Assembly: GCA_028534125.1 (NCBI GenBank)
Contig: CM052816.1
Span: forward strand, 81,098,001-81,162,000
Direction: 5' to 3'
Length of the DNA: 64,000 bases
DNA from: Lama glama
Taxonomy: Eukaryota
The stretch's first letter is position 1; every line of letters begins with the position of its first letter. Below are positions 1 to 13,022 of the stretch, piece after piece. Both the position numbers and the translations under genes were made by a program. A model generated the notes under the pieces. The model saw nothing but the letters and a program-made list of their open reading frames with translations. It searched no databases and was not told where the DNA came from.

Positions 1-414
1 TGGCAAATGAAACTATGAATATATTAAAAGTTTGTAATATGTTGTACATTGAAAGTTTAGAAATATTATGATAAAACTAACAGAAAATGAAGTTAAACAT
101 ATCTATATTCAAATATTTTAAAACTGAATACATCCCTTTTTCTTAAACCAGAGTTTTCTTAAACCAACAATAATAACTATAGACAACTGAATACAAAATA
201 TTCTACAAATAGAGAAAAATATTTTTAAGGAGATTTGCAAGGCAGTGCAGTTACTGCATACAAGAATCCTGGCCAGTAAGAAACTCTGAATATAGAAATA
301 TATGTAAATACAGACATAGACATAGATAAATAGATATTATGGATAATTCAAAGGATTATCATCACTATGTTCTCTGGAAAGAGGAGGCACTATGTGAAAA
401 TATTAACAAAAACG

Positions 415-610
415 AAGTTTATTGAGCAATTATCATGTGAAAGATATACTAAATGACTTTCTTTAATTCTCACAACAGTCCTAAGGAAATAGAGATGGCT
501 GTAATCTGAGGCTTTGCAGAGGAGGGAACTGAGACGCGAGAAGTGAACTAAGCTAGTGAGCAGCGGAACCAGAATATGAACCAGGCAACAAAATCCAGCT
601 TTAGCGTCTA
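415..610 (-). mobile_element. MIR SINE fragment
   Basis: TTTATTGAGCA...GGAACTGAGAC...AGCTAGTGAG...GAACCAGGC is the reverse-orientation MIR pattern. Confidence 0.55.
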
Positions 611-704
611 CATTTGTCTGCCTCACATGGTGCTGCTAGTGGATTTGCTGTCCCTGAAGCTTGGACCAGGCCACCAAGTGCTTCTTGCCTTGGAAGTTGG
701 CTCG

Positions 705-897
705 TAGGGCTGCCAGATTTAGCAAATTAAAAATACAGGATACTCAGTTAAGACTGAACTTCAGATAAGTAACGAACATTTGTTTAGTGTAAGTATGTCC
801 CAATGTTGCATGGGGCATACTTATATTAGAAGTGATTCATTGTTTATTTGAAATTCAAATTTAACTGGGTGTCCTATTATTTTATCTGGCAACCCTA
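705..897. mobile_element. MER53 palindromic MITE (hAT-type DNA transposon), full length, 193 bp
   Basis: Terminal inverted repeats are TAGGGCTGCCAGAT...ATCTGGCAACCCTA. The interior is palindromic (TAAGTATGTCCCA...TGGGGCATACTTA) and matches the recalled MER53 consensus. Confidence 0.88.
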
Positions 898-2189
898 CCA
901 GCTTACCATCTCCCAGGACCTCTGAGTGACCATCACAGTTTCTGAATCACAGCCATGTGGCTTTTTGAAAAAGATAGAAGAGTAATTATAGGTTGAAGTT
1001 GGCATTGGAGACAAGGACAGACCCTGTTTCCATAGACAAAAATCTCCTCTTAATAGCAGCCAAGATGAACATCCCTCTTAAACTTGCAGATTGGGCCAAG
1101 CGGCCCCACTGAACCCCTCCTCTCCTAGGCCCTGTAAACCCTAATATTTACAGAATGAGGGCCTTCTGACCTTCAGACTTCTCTCCTTGTAAAGAATGAT
1201 AATATTTCACTGAGTTGTTTTGAAGGTCAAGCGAGGTGATGTATGTGAACATTTACTGTAAATGCTGTTTTGGGACTCATGTTTTTGGACATATGAAATT
1301 AAGAAGCTATGTAATTTTGTCCCAAGAACCAAGAATAAATACTGTTAATCCAGGCCACTTTCAGTGAACATATAAACCAGGAAGCCTAGTGTTTAAACAG
1401 ATTAAGATAAAAACTAACATACTTGAAAGTGTATTTTTTAAAAAGACAGATTTAAATTCTGAAATCAGCTTTAAAGATCACTTAGCATCTGTTCAGGGAG
1501 TTATGTACAAGTAAAAATAGCCCTTTTTATGCTATATTTCCATTACTGTGCAGTGTCAACTATTTTTAAATGACATGATATCGAAAGCAACTAATATTTT
1601 TAAAAATCATCCTTTTTTTCTCTCTTTACCTGAAAAGTTACCAAAAAAAACAGTACATAGAACAAAGATTTCATTAAAGATACTAGTAGCCAACAGTAAT
1701 ATGGGGAGAAGAAAAGTTGATTTGTTATACACATTTGATAATGAAAGTGATTTTTTAGTGAATATTTTAATTTACCAACATTTTTCAGATTTTTGCTCAA
1801 GTCCTTGTTTTGTAGAAAAGTCTTGTTTTTTTTAAGAAACCTCCCCCATGCCATAAGTGGGAATTTCAACTCTCTTCAGAAGGACACATTTTTCTTTTAA
1901 AAGAGCAAACACCTCTGAAGAAGTTACTTGAAGTCCTAAATTTTCAAGTTGGACTGATCAGCAGTGGCAACTTCTTCCTCAAAATTCCCTTGTAGACCAG
2001 CAGCCCTCAGGCTGACCAGGGTTAGACCACTTGAAGTGTAATTTCTACTGCTAGAAACTCTAGGGAGTTTGAAGAGAAATGATGGAGAAAGAGAGAAGAG
2101 AGGAATCGTGGAAGCTCATGGACCAGAATGTAATCCTGCCACTTCAAAAAGTAGACAGCTGAGGAGATGAGGTTGTAAGGAAGAGAATC

Positions 2190-2370
2190 TAGACCTTGCA
2201 AGGCAGGAAAATCTGAAGTCTTGTCCTGCGTCCCCTGCTAACTCGCTGTGTGACGCTGGGCAAATCACTCAGTCCCCCCGAGCCTTCGTTTTCCTGTCTT
2301 CAAAATGGAGACGTCAGTACCTTGCAGGGATATTGTGAGGAGGAAATGGGATCATGTGGCAAAAATGCAC
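2190..2370 (+). mobile_element. MIR SINE
   Basis: MIR core: CTCGCTGTGTGACGCTGGGCAAATCACTCAGT...GAGCCTTCGTTTTCCTGTCTTCAAAATGGAG. Confidence 0.7.
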
Positions 2371-3614
2371 TTATTTAAAGTTGATAAACAATTGCTTTAA
2401 TAGTGTTCTTGCAATACTTATAAGGGAGTAGAACCTAAAGGCTAGATGCTCAGGGAAGAGGAGATTGAGTGAGGGGAGATAGAGCCAGAGTTCAAAACTT
2501 TATACAGTGGAGTTCACGTGGGAACATGGAGAAGAAACTGGGGGTGGAAAGGCAGATATAGAAGCCAGAAAAAGAATTACGGTTCCCGAAAGTTCTCATA
2601 TTAACTGGGACATAGACCTGGAAATGATTGGAAAGATGTCCACTCTCTCTGCACTCCTGACTGAAGTCATCGTACGTGTAAATGGTCCTGCAAAACCACT
2701 TCCTACAATAATAACCCCATCTGTGCTGTGCCTGAGTGTTGAGTGGAGACAACCCAAGATGGGAGCCATGACTCAGGAGAGCAGCGAAGAAAGGCCATGT
2801 GTTTGAAGGAGAAATACATGATCAGATGTGATAGAGGAAGGTTTCCCAAGCATCAGCTGAACCAGATAGATGTATTCTTCCCGGATGATTTCATGTTTTG
2901 CAATAGTTCCAAATTAGAAACAGTTGGCAGGCATCAGAGAGGATATCAAGTCCAATCAAATCAAACTATGAGTTCAGTCTTGCTCTTCCCTCTACTGCCC
3001 TGCAGGTAAGAATGAGGAATGAATGAGGTACCAGGTCCCACATCCCTCAGATTCCAGTGGATGCATAAAACATCATCTCAGTGGTTTTCTTCAAGTCCCC
3101 TCTCCCGCTTGGCTTAGGGTGAAAGGGAGTGTTCTCTGCCCTGACCCCAGGGAGGGAGTTATCCCCATCATGCTGAGAATCTTCTCTAGGGATGTGCTCT
3201 TATTAGCATTTCAATCTCCTCATTAATTTATAGACTTAAAAAATATATAACCTCTGATATGAGCTAAAAATAAAGATCTGGATAACTTACTTTGTAAATC
3301 CTGCGTAAACAGTCTGATAACCTCAGTCTAGAATATGGTCATTCTCATCTATTGTTTGACCCTTGATTTTATGGACCTCTAGAAAACCTGGCATATCAAG
3401 AAAATTCTTAATCAACATACCATTTCATTAGTGTATTGATTAAAAAATCCAAAGGAATGTGCACAAACCCATGCAGGATAGTGATTTTCAGGGAAGTGGG
3501 GGTGACCACAAGGGACTTTAACTTTCTGCGGGACACAGTCCTACTAAGTTCAGATTTGTGTCTGTATTTCCTACTTTGCAATAAGAAAAAAAAATCATTA
3601 ATATAAATGTCCCC

Positions 3615-4030
3615 AGGATCTTAGGTTAAGGAATTGGCAGGGAACGTTGAATTGAAGATGAAGCCCAAGGAGAGAGCGGACTCTGGCTTCAAGGCATAGT
3701 GAAGCTCTAGATTCAAAAGATGACATCAGCTCCTTGCCCTCTCTACCTCCAAAACTTGGCTTTGCCTTCCTCTGAGTTGGCTTCATTCCCATGTGGAAGC
3801 AAATATACCTCCCAGAAGTTCCAAGTTCACCTGTGAGCACCAGAAGCACCAAGCTTCCTGATGCTCACAAGGTCAGGAATAGGGAAAGCCTCTCCGTCAT
3901 AGAATTCATATTGATCTCCCTGACTCCGAAGATTCTCGGTGGCCCCGCTGGAACCTCTGGACGAGTTGCTATGTCCAGCGAGTAGAGCACTTTGATTGGC
4001 CAGTCTGGGTTCAGTGGCTACTGAGTGAGT
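3615..4030 (-). mobile_element. Degenerate MaLR LTR (MLT1J/K-like)
   Basis: Motifs CTTGGCTTTGCCTTCCTCTGAGTTGGCTTCATTC and TGATTGGCCAGTCTGGGT resemble the antisense of old MLT1 LTRs. Confidence 0.45.
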
Positions 4031-4367
4031 GACCAGTGAGATAAGGGCCACTTAATTGTTGGTCCTAAAACATATGCGAAGGGGAAGAGGATGTGCCCTA
4101 AAGTGACATACAGCAGACAAAAAAAGAAATGAAGGAGAAGGAAAGAAGGCAGGAAAGAGGGGAGAGAAGGAGGGAGGAAAGTAAAAGATGACTACTACTT
4201 CAGAGAAACAGCATCTATAGGAAACATTTATTGACTGCCTGCTGCATGCATGGTACTGACGATCCTTGGAAATCTAGAATTTAACAATGAAAGTGTTAGC
4301 TATAAGGGACTTCAAAGATTCGATATATGACATATAATAAATTCTATAGTGATAAAGTTTCCTACAT

Positions 4368-4523
4368 CAGTGGTTCCCAGTGTGCATCACAAGCACTTGG
4401 AGGACTTGCTAAAACACAGATTTTTGGCTCAATAAGTCCTGGATGGGACCCAAGGATGTGCATTACTAGTAAGTTCGCAGGTGATCCTCTTATGTTGAGA
4501 AGCCCATACTTTGAAAGCCACTG
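4368..4523. mobile_element. MER5A-like hAT-Charlie MITE with 8-bp target-site duplication
   Basis: Termini are CAGTGGTTCCCA...TTTGAAAGCCACTG. The flanks TCCTACAT (4360-4367) and CCCTACAT (4524-4531) fit a hAT 8-bp TSD with one mismatch. Confidence 0.8.
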
Positions 4524-7444
4524 CCCTACATCAGTGTTTCATGAAGACAGATAATATAAATGACTACTATTAATTTGAATCTCTGGTTCAGCAAGAATGG
4601 TAATCTTTTATGATAAACAAGTCAGTTCAACTTCTGCATCTCAATTAGTGGTATTCTTGCATTTAGGAAAACTATAAAGTCTATTAATATATTCTTCACA
4701 ATTATTAAAGGTTTGGTATTCAGAGAAGTTTAACTAAGGGCACATCTTGGATAACAGTGAGACTCCGTGTCAAATGTTTGTTTGACTGAAGCTAAAGCCA
4801 GAAGCAAACGACCCATCCTGACCTTTCCCCACTGCTGCCCCATCCTATGAGAAGCAATGCAACATGGACACCATCAAGGGTACCATCAGAAAGAAACAAG
4901 CAAAATAGGCAGAAAAGACAACAAGAGCTTTAAACTCAAGATACCGTCATCTCCAAAACAACGTGTTCTTTCTCTTTGGTTTACCCACTGTTTCTGATGG
5001 AAGTAGAATTCTTCTCTGGCTTCCAAGAGAGATTTATGACTAAAAAAGAACAGGTTTTACCTGGCAGGGGGTGCGTGCAAAGTTTGTTCCCTTTCATGGC
5101 AGGCCCAATTGCTCTTCATTTTGCAAATGCTAATATTAGGCTCAGTTAATCATTGCACATTCCTTTTATTAGGTGAGGAGCTACATTCTTGAAACCACTC
5201 TCAGGAAAACAATCCTTCACTTCCAGACCACCCTGAGTTGCAGACTTGGGGTTTCGGCAGTGGTAGCACTGCTGGGCCCTGTGGCAGACGTCTGGGCAGC
5301 CCAGAGACATCTTTTCCTCAGCCTCAACCCTTTGCAAGTGGTTCAGGAACTTCCTCTTTTCTCATTCACTTGGCCCAAAGTTGTTCCTTCTATAAACATC
5401 CAAAAGGTGTTAGTACCACCAGAGCATCAGACTTTATTGCCTCCTTCCCTATGGGCAAATCGGCTTATAATGAAGGTGAGCCTGTTGGAGTAGGATGTAT
5501 TCAATCTCCTTTATTTGAAGGCTCTAATTCAGACAGGTTAGAGCTGTCTGAGTTTTGTGCAAAATCTGAAATAGTTCAGTTAGTTCTCAGTGAATATGTC
5601 TTGATTCTAGAAGTCATTTCTAAGTTGATTATTGGCAAATTAGTAGCCAATCTGCCATAGAAACATTGTGGCTAGATTCTGAGCCAAGCCCAGAATGCTT
5701 CCTTAACTCACTTTGTGCCTGGAGTGTATAGCTGTACACTAACAGTACCATGAACTCTCATCACCCCTTTCAAGCCTGCTTTTGAAACTGCGCACCGCAA
5801 GTTCCCACTCAGGACTCTCCTTCGTTCTCTCCTGTTCCAGCCATGGTAGCCTGCAGAACTGCCCACAGTGAGATGGGGATCCCAGAAAGCAGAGAGGGGA
5901 TTCCAGGGGAAGACGGGGTGACGGCAGCAGCCAAAGCCTAGGTCTTCAGTGAACATCGGCTAGCAGTAGCAGTTGTCCACATTTAACATTGTGATCCCTG
6001 TCCTTGCTGAGTGACAATGATGGAGGAAATGGGGAGTCAGGAAACAGGAGGAAGAAAAGGTGGCCTCTCACAGAAGCAGTGATGCCAACAGGGCGATGAG
6101 CCTCTGGCTTGGCCTCCAATTCATAAGAAGAGGATACTTCAGAGTCTTCAGTTAGGAAGTGGTCCATATGATGACCACAGCGGAACAAAAAAAACATGCT
6201 GCAAACAAGATTCTGCTTCACCAAAAAAAAAAAAAAAGATTTATAATTGGCACATCAATTCAAAACATAAATGCTTCCAACATGCTTGAAAATAATTTAT
6301 TTCCTTAAATCTTTTAGCACCTACTTCTCTGCCCACCCTCAGTTTCCATTATCAGACCTCACCCAGCGACTGTGTACTGAGTACCTACTCTGTGCCAAGA
6401 CTAACCCATGTATCTAGTATTAGTTTGCACAACCTGCAGAACATTTGCTGTGCACTGGAAATAAACTCACTTGCCCCATTTCTTTCCCACTTAACCCTTT
6501 CCGGGTCCCCTCTTTCTCTCCTTTGCTCTTTCTCTTACCCCTCTAAATTTACTCAATCACCAGCCTCCTAGGGGGAATCATAGGTACTGCTCATTCTAGA
6601 ATGCCAGGCGTGGTCAGGCCCAGATGGACAAGGAAGCAGATGTCAGTCCCGGCTGCAGCCTGAAGGTAAAGCAGTGTAAACAAAGCCTGCCTCTATTTCT
6701 GTCTGCATTCCATTTTCTAGGTTCTAATAGGATTTGCTTATTTTACTTTCTTTCTTTTCCTTCCTTCCATTTTTTGCCCCTTGTATCCTTTCCTTTTCTT
6801 TCTCCTTCATTCTTCCTTCCTCCTTTTCAACCTTTACCTCTGAACCCCCGCATCCTGCTAAGCAATGTGGAGGAGCGGGGGAAACATTAGCTATACACAT
6901 GCCCAACTCACACAGAGGAGTGACGCACAGATTAGACTCCAAATGATGAAAACAGGAATCCAGAATTACATTCCCAAAATAATTCTGTTTGGGAAAGACT
7001 CCTTACAGGCATTCATGGACGTCTCCAGCCTCATAGACTTCGTTTACATTTCATAGCTTTTACCGAATTTTCTTCAACTGTCCCTCCAAGCATACTTCTC
7101 TGGTCCATAAACTGTTTCCAATGAAACTTGGATCATATTTGATATAATTCCTGTAACTTTGCTAGAATCTGAGACAGACCATTCAATTCTAAGCAAACCT
7201 CTATTTAAAAGCTTATGTTTGCCATTTCTCAGTCGGCGTTGTCAGTAGTGCTGTCCTCCCTCCTGATGATCCTGATGGTCTGTATTTCCCAATAATAAAC
7301 ACTTGCTGGGAACTTGCTTGCCACTTTCAATTTCATTGCTTCTTTTTTTTTTTTCTTTCCTTTTTAAATGTTTGTTTTGGTGACGGGTGATGTGGAGCAG
7401 TTTTACATGTTAATTAAGCATTTTATGTTTTTCTCTTCACATTC

Positions 7445-7768
7445 TTTTTTTTATTGAAGTATAGTCCGTTTACAATATTGTGTCAATTTCTGGTGTACAG
7501 CGTAATGTTTCACTCATACATATGCATACATATATTCAATTTCATATTCTGTTTCATTATAGGTTACTACAAGATATTGAATAGAAGTTCCCTGTGCTAT
7601 ACAGTAGAAACTTGTTGTCTATCTATTTTATATATAGTAGTTAGTATCTGCAAATCTCGAACTCTCAATTTATCCCTTCTCACCCCCTTCTCCCCTGGTA
7701 ACCATAAGTTTGTTTTCTATGTCTGTGAGTCTGTTCCTGTTTTGTAAATAAGTTAGTTTCTGTCTTTT
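7445..7768 (-). mobile_element. 5'-truncated cetartiodactyl-type LINE-1 3' end
   Basis: Poly-T, then ATTGAAGTATAG...TCCCTGTGCTATACAGTAG...GGTAACCATAAGTTTGTTTTCTATGTCTGTGAGTCTG. Same family as the copies at about 18 kb and 46.6-47.2 kb. Confidence 0.85.
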
Positions 7769-9307
7769 CTTTACAAGCACTTCTCTGTTTATTAAACAAT
7801 GAACAAGTCTGTTCAACTTGCATGGGACCAAGTGTGAAAGAAATGCTATAACATTTGATATTCCCAGCTTCCCCCAACCTCTTCCTTTTAAGTAAAGAAA
7901 TCTTTCATACTAAAATTTAGATAACAGATAAGGCTTAGAGGTGACTTCTACCAGTGTATTGAGTTTTCTCTGGGGCAAATGTAAGGTGGAGCTTCAGGGA
8001 GGGAGCCTCAGGCTGTGTTCTGAAGCTCCTGAAATGCGGTATCATTAAGGTAACCACTTACTGCCATGGGTCTGAGGACTCTGAGAAGTCAGAGGAATTG
8101 CTCACTGGCCCACCGCTTCCTAGAATTTCACTTTTTAAATAATCAGGATGTAGTTAGGAGGCAGCCTGATCTGTAAAGACCAACCACCTACGACAGGGAA
8201 CTCCACCTGTAGGAGAGGCATTACTCTGCCGTTGCCCTTCCTGGAACACGGGGAACACACGGAGGCAAGCTTCTCTTCATGTCACCAGGGAGAACAAAGC
8301 CTCCCTCCTGGGAGCCTAGCCAAGGAAAAGAACATTCTGTTAATCATTACTCATTATCAATTTGGGCAAAGAATTGGGGGGGTGGGTTTTTTGGTTTGGG
8401 TTTTTGTTTGTTTGTTTTGTTTTGTGTTTTGTGTGCATCTGGGTGGCACAACTCTGGGCAAGTTATATCACATAAACAACCAGTTTACAATTCTGGGTGG
8501 TTTCCCTGGAGCAGAAACTCTTAAACATGTCCTGAATTTCCAGTGAGATCTATCTCATCTTAAACCTAATAGACGTGACATTTTCAGTCATCCTCTTGAC
8601 TTGGTAAAATGGAATTCTCCATCAATCTCTTCAGAGCTCAGGAGGCTTTTCTGGGGAAAAAAAAGAAAAGAAAAGTTTATACAGACCATCATTTTCATGT
8701 GCATTTACCCTAAAATGGAAGAATGATTAAAAAACACTTCTGTGCATTCTTCTGCTCCCAGGTGCCGTAGAATCAAGGGCTCGCTTGCTTTTGCCTAGGA
8801 AACTGGGGATGCTTTGTGATACTAGAGCCGGTCTAGCTTTTCTTCCTCAAGATCAGTTATTCAAACAGTGACCTTATTTGATTTAAACAAGCCCCACTGC
8901 TTCTTCTGCTTTTGACAAATGGAAAAATCCAGTAGGAAAGTCACGTTTACTCCTACGAATGGCAAGATATGCATTATTAATGACTCTAATCCTCAAAGGG
9001 GCTTAGAAACACTGAGTCAAGTTTTCATCTCTTATAATTGTCCCTGAGGAATCTCAGGCAAAAATCACTTGCTTAGGTAGGCAGGAAATAATTGTTAGTA
9101 TTTCATTTTGTTCCAATCCTGAGAGGACTTGGAAAAACTCAGAGACTTCCGCTCCTCTGATATGGGACATAGGAAAAAAATCAAAATACTCTGCTTAGAA
9201 TCCACAACAAGGCAAGCTGCACTAGTCAAGATTGTCCCAATTCTAAGAAAAAGGCAACTCATTCAGACAAAATCAAATTTCATGTTTCTAGAGGGTAAAT
9301 TTAAGAG

Positions 9308-9560
9308 AGCGTTTTTCAAACTTTTGTTTTTACTACAACCCACAGCAAAAATATATAGATTTTACATCCTTTATGCACACATATATTTGCCTGAAATATG
9401 TTTTGTTAAATATAACTTACCCTTACTACGTACTATGAACGCTGATAGTTTTCTCTCTCTTATTTCATTCTATTCAATTCTATTTCATTCTTTTTAAAAT
9501 GCTAGCTGTGACCCATGAAATTGATTTCCCAGCCCACTACCCACAGTGTAAAAAGAACTC
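9308..9560. mobile_element. hAT-Charlie-type DNA transposon remnant
   Basis: AGCGTTTTTCAAACT... and ...GTGACCCATGAAATTGATTTCCCAGCCCACTA...CACAGTGTAAAAA resemble Charlie-derived termini. Confidence 0.5.
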
Positions 9561-11199
9561 TTAGGGTCGGGGATAAAGAGGTTAATCCCTATCACAAATC
9601 CTCTAAATCCTCTCACTTCTGTTGGAGATGTTCAAAATCTCCCACAGAGGATGTCATTGCTTTGGCTAAAAATATTCTCTCTTACTGAAATGTAAGTGAA
9701 CGCTGTATGGGTAAGAGATGAAATCTGGTCCATCATGTACACCTTTATGATACTGAGTCTATTTCACTATATCACCTCACCTCTATCACATCACAAATAG
9801 GCTGAAGTCCTCCTTAGCACACCCAGAATTCCCCCCTTGTCTCCAGCATATTTTGTGGGCAGGAAAGGGAAGTCAGCGCAGAAATGGAAAGGGAAAAACC
9901 AGAGCACCATGGGGCCTGCAGTGGGGCTTCCATCAGGCAGCAGGGCAACCCTGGGGTGGGAAGACGCATCCAGCCCCACCTCCTTCCCCTCACTTCACTC
10001 CTTCTCCCTCTGGGAAGGTTCTTCCCAATCCTCGCCACCTTGCTCACCTTTCCCAGTGAGACATCCCCACCTCTGCCAGCCCTCCTCTGAGTTCCAGGGG
10101 CACTTTCTGTGAGTATCACCCCTCCGCCCATCAAAGCAGCTTGTGTATGTGTCCATCAGAGCCCTGCACTCAGGTCATCGCCACTGATTGGCTGCCACAG
10201 TTGTTAGATTGTCAGTTCCTTGAGGGTCCTAGGGCCATGCCTAGTAGCCGGCACAGTGGCCACACCCCTTCACTCTTTCCCCCATTTAACAGATACTAAT
10301 TTATGCTAGTACACTGGGCCAGGTGTAGGTCATGCGGTGATGAGCTGCCTTGTAGAACTTGTTGTCTATTTGTTAATGCATAAATATTTGCAGAATAAGT
10401 GAAGCGATGTACGAGTGAATAAATGGACCCCATGCTGCCTTACATTGTTATCTCACTGCTTCATCACGCACCCCTACCCCATCCGGGACAGCTTTAATTG
10501 TGAGGAAGTCCTTATGCTGAACCGAAGTCGGTTTCCCTGAAGCGTCTGTGTCAGTCCATGAAGAACAGGAGCAGCTGACAACAGCTGCTATGTCCCCAGG
10601 CCTTCCCCTCTCCAGTCTGAACATCTCCTGCTATCTCAGGACTCAGGGGGTCCTTGAGATAGCGACATCGGGAGTAGCACGGAATGGTTTGAGTTGCCCC
10701 ACCAGTTGACTTGCTTCCCTCAAAATGCTTTCTGTTTGGTCTATAATCTCCTCTAAGCACGATCCCTGTAACAAAATCCCAGTCTCCAGGTGTGCTAAAT
10801 GCCACACCTTAAAGTCCATCTCCACAGACCCAGCCTCCTTCCACATCAGCTTCTCTGAAACACACATTGTCTCACTGACTTAATCTTAACAGCACTGACC
10901 ACACACTTATACTTGGCCTCTATGGGGTCATGGGGTTACTTACCCAGAAACTTCCTTTACTTCTTGATATTTTGGAATTTCAAGGACATTGAAATGGCTC
11001 TTTTGGTAAGTAAACCTAATTGCCACCCCCACCCCCAAAACAAACTTAAAAAAAAGAAAAATTGCAAATGATGAAATGGCTCTTTTGAAAACTGACCTTT
11101 GTATATGATTGTTTCCCTGGTTACAAGAGAGCCCTTATCAGGGTGCCTCTCAGAAATCTCTCTCAGAATTTTTCTGAGTCTCTCTCAAGTCCAATAGCA

Positions 11200-11498
11200 A
11201 AAGTCAGAAGAGGTGGGACTCATAAGCATTTAGGGGCCATAACCCTGCCTTGTGCAGAAGGATGGTCTGTGGTGAGAGACAAGAAAACCCACCTGAAGAG
11301 AAGCCAGGGCTAGAGTGGAGAGAGCCCTAGGCTCTTGTGTCCCTTGCCCTGTTCATCCCTGAAACCCAGCAGCCTCCCTTCCTTCCCCGGGTCTGGTTGT
11401 TCTTGGATTCTGAGAGCCAGTAAATTCCCTTCCTGCCCTTTTGCCTAATTCCACTTGGGTTTCTGTAAGTTGCAACCAAAAAATTCCTGACTAATACA
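11200..11498 (+). mobile_element. MaLR LTR 3' part (MLT1J/K/L-like)
   Basis: Ends in GAGCCAGTAAATTCCCTT...GGGTTTCTGTAAGTTGCAACCAAAAAATTCCTGACTAATACA, a typical MLT1 3' terminus. Confidence 0.65.
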
Positions 11499-12314
11499 AC
11501 CCCTAATTTTTTCTTCCTGAGTTCTGCCATGATGTTCCTAAACCAAATATTCACATCCTGTACTTACGTATTTTTGAACTCAAAGGCAGGATCTTACATT
11601 CACGGCTGGGGAACATCATCTTGTCTTATTTGATTCATAATTCTAGTGTAGCTGGTCACAGATTGGCACACACTACCTTCAGTTGTGCTAAGAAAATGTG
11701 GCTGTTGTGAACTTTTGGTAATAGAGCTAGTCACCCTCATGAGATCCTGCTGGGTAGCAAGAAAAATAAATTAATTTTCCAGTAACAGTGTCTCATTCAA
11801 GAACACTTTTAAGCCAGAAGAAACTGACTCAGTTCTTCTGAATAAATTTTCAGTTCTTTGGGGCACTCCAGCCCCTCTTCTCCAAGATGTCACCTGGCTA
11901 AAGGAGGAATTCATGAGGCCTCATGACGAGTGTAAAGGGTCCCCAAGTCCAACTAGCATCCTCTGGTTCTCACTGGTCTATACCAGGGAGTAACTTGTCT
12001 AATTTAATTCCTGAGAGGTTGATGGCCACAACTGAGCCTCAGGTTATCATACTGGCACCTACAGCTGGATCAGTAGCCCTGGCCATTTGCCTCTGGTCAC
12101 CCACTCATTGGAATGCTATTATCAAATAAAAGCAACTCCATTTATAGACATTAGAGTTGACTGCTTTATTTGTTTAATTAATTACTGACTGTTTTTGGTG
12201 CACTGTCATGTGAGCTTGAAGATCACGAACATCATTTGTCATATTAATTTCACTTCCAAGTGATTAGAATAGGACCTGAAGCACTTAATAAATACTTTGA
12301 ATATATATTAACAT

Positions 12315-12420
12315 TTGTAATAACCTATAGTGAAAAAGAATATATGTGTGTAACTGAACCACTATGCTGTACACCAGAAACTAACACACTGCAAATCAAC
12401 TATACTTAAAGAACAACAAC
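12315..12420 (+). mobile_element. Short LINE-1 3' tail (cetartiodactyl type)
   Basis: TTGTAATAACCTATAGTGAAAAAGAATATA...GCTGTACACCAGAAACTAACACACTGCAAATCAACTATACTT is homologous to 47075-47185. Confidence 0.8.
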
Positions 12421-12424
12421 AAAT

Positions 12425-13022
12425 CCAGACTAGTAAGGGGAGACTATTCAAAAGGATTGTTGCAAAAGAGGGAAAGGCAATTGCAGGAGGAGGGGCTATT
12501 GGATTAGGGAGGACATCTTGACCATAGATCTGCAAGCATCTCAAGAATTCAGCAAAGAGAGTTTTTCTTTCATAGAGAGCAGGAAATGAGGCTAAAAAGA
12601 ACTGGGATGAAAGGGTGATGTGGTGGAACAGTAGAGCAGAGAATATTGTACCCAGGAGCCAGCCTGTTCTTAGGAGGAGGTTATGTGCTGGCGCAGGCTG
12701 AAAGCAGGTAAAAATTTAGCGACCGGGGAGAAGGCGTAAATCCTAACTCTAGCTAAGGTTTGACTAACAGGTGTTTTGTTCCAATTGATCAGTAGACACA
12801 AGCAGTTTAGCTAATCATTTATGAGGCAAAAACGCGAATTTGGAGAGCATGTGTCTGATCTTGTCATAGCTAACCAGGCGGCATCCGAAAGCCTTTTCTA
12901 GGTCACATGAGGGAGGGTGGCTCTTTGCAGTGATCCCTTTCCTGGAACACAAAAGGATGGGGGATTTCTTATCCTTTTCTTGTTCCCCAGGATCACGACT
13001 CAGGTAAGGTCCAACATTGTCA
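12425..13022 (-). mobile_element. ERV1-class solo LTR (MER110/MER90-like)
   Basis: The reverse complement begins ...TGTTGGACCTTACCTGAG... and contains TTTGCCTCATAAATGATTAGCTAAACTGC and TATGACAAGATCAGACAC, matching an ERV1 LTR consensus as I recall it. The exact family is uncertain. Confidence 0.6.

Noticed and set aside
5057..5070. TTACCTGGCAGGGG, a 14-nt match to the 5' end of U1 snRNA
   Set aside because: Similarity stops immediately (no AGATACCATGATCAC continuation) and there is no TSD or tail. It is better read as a chance match or an isolated minus-strand donor-like site.
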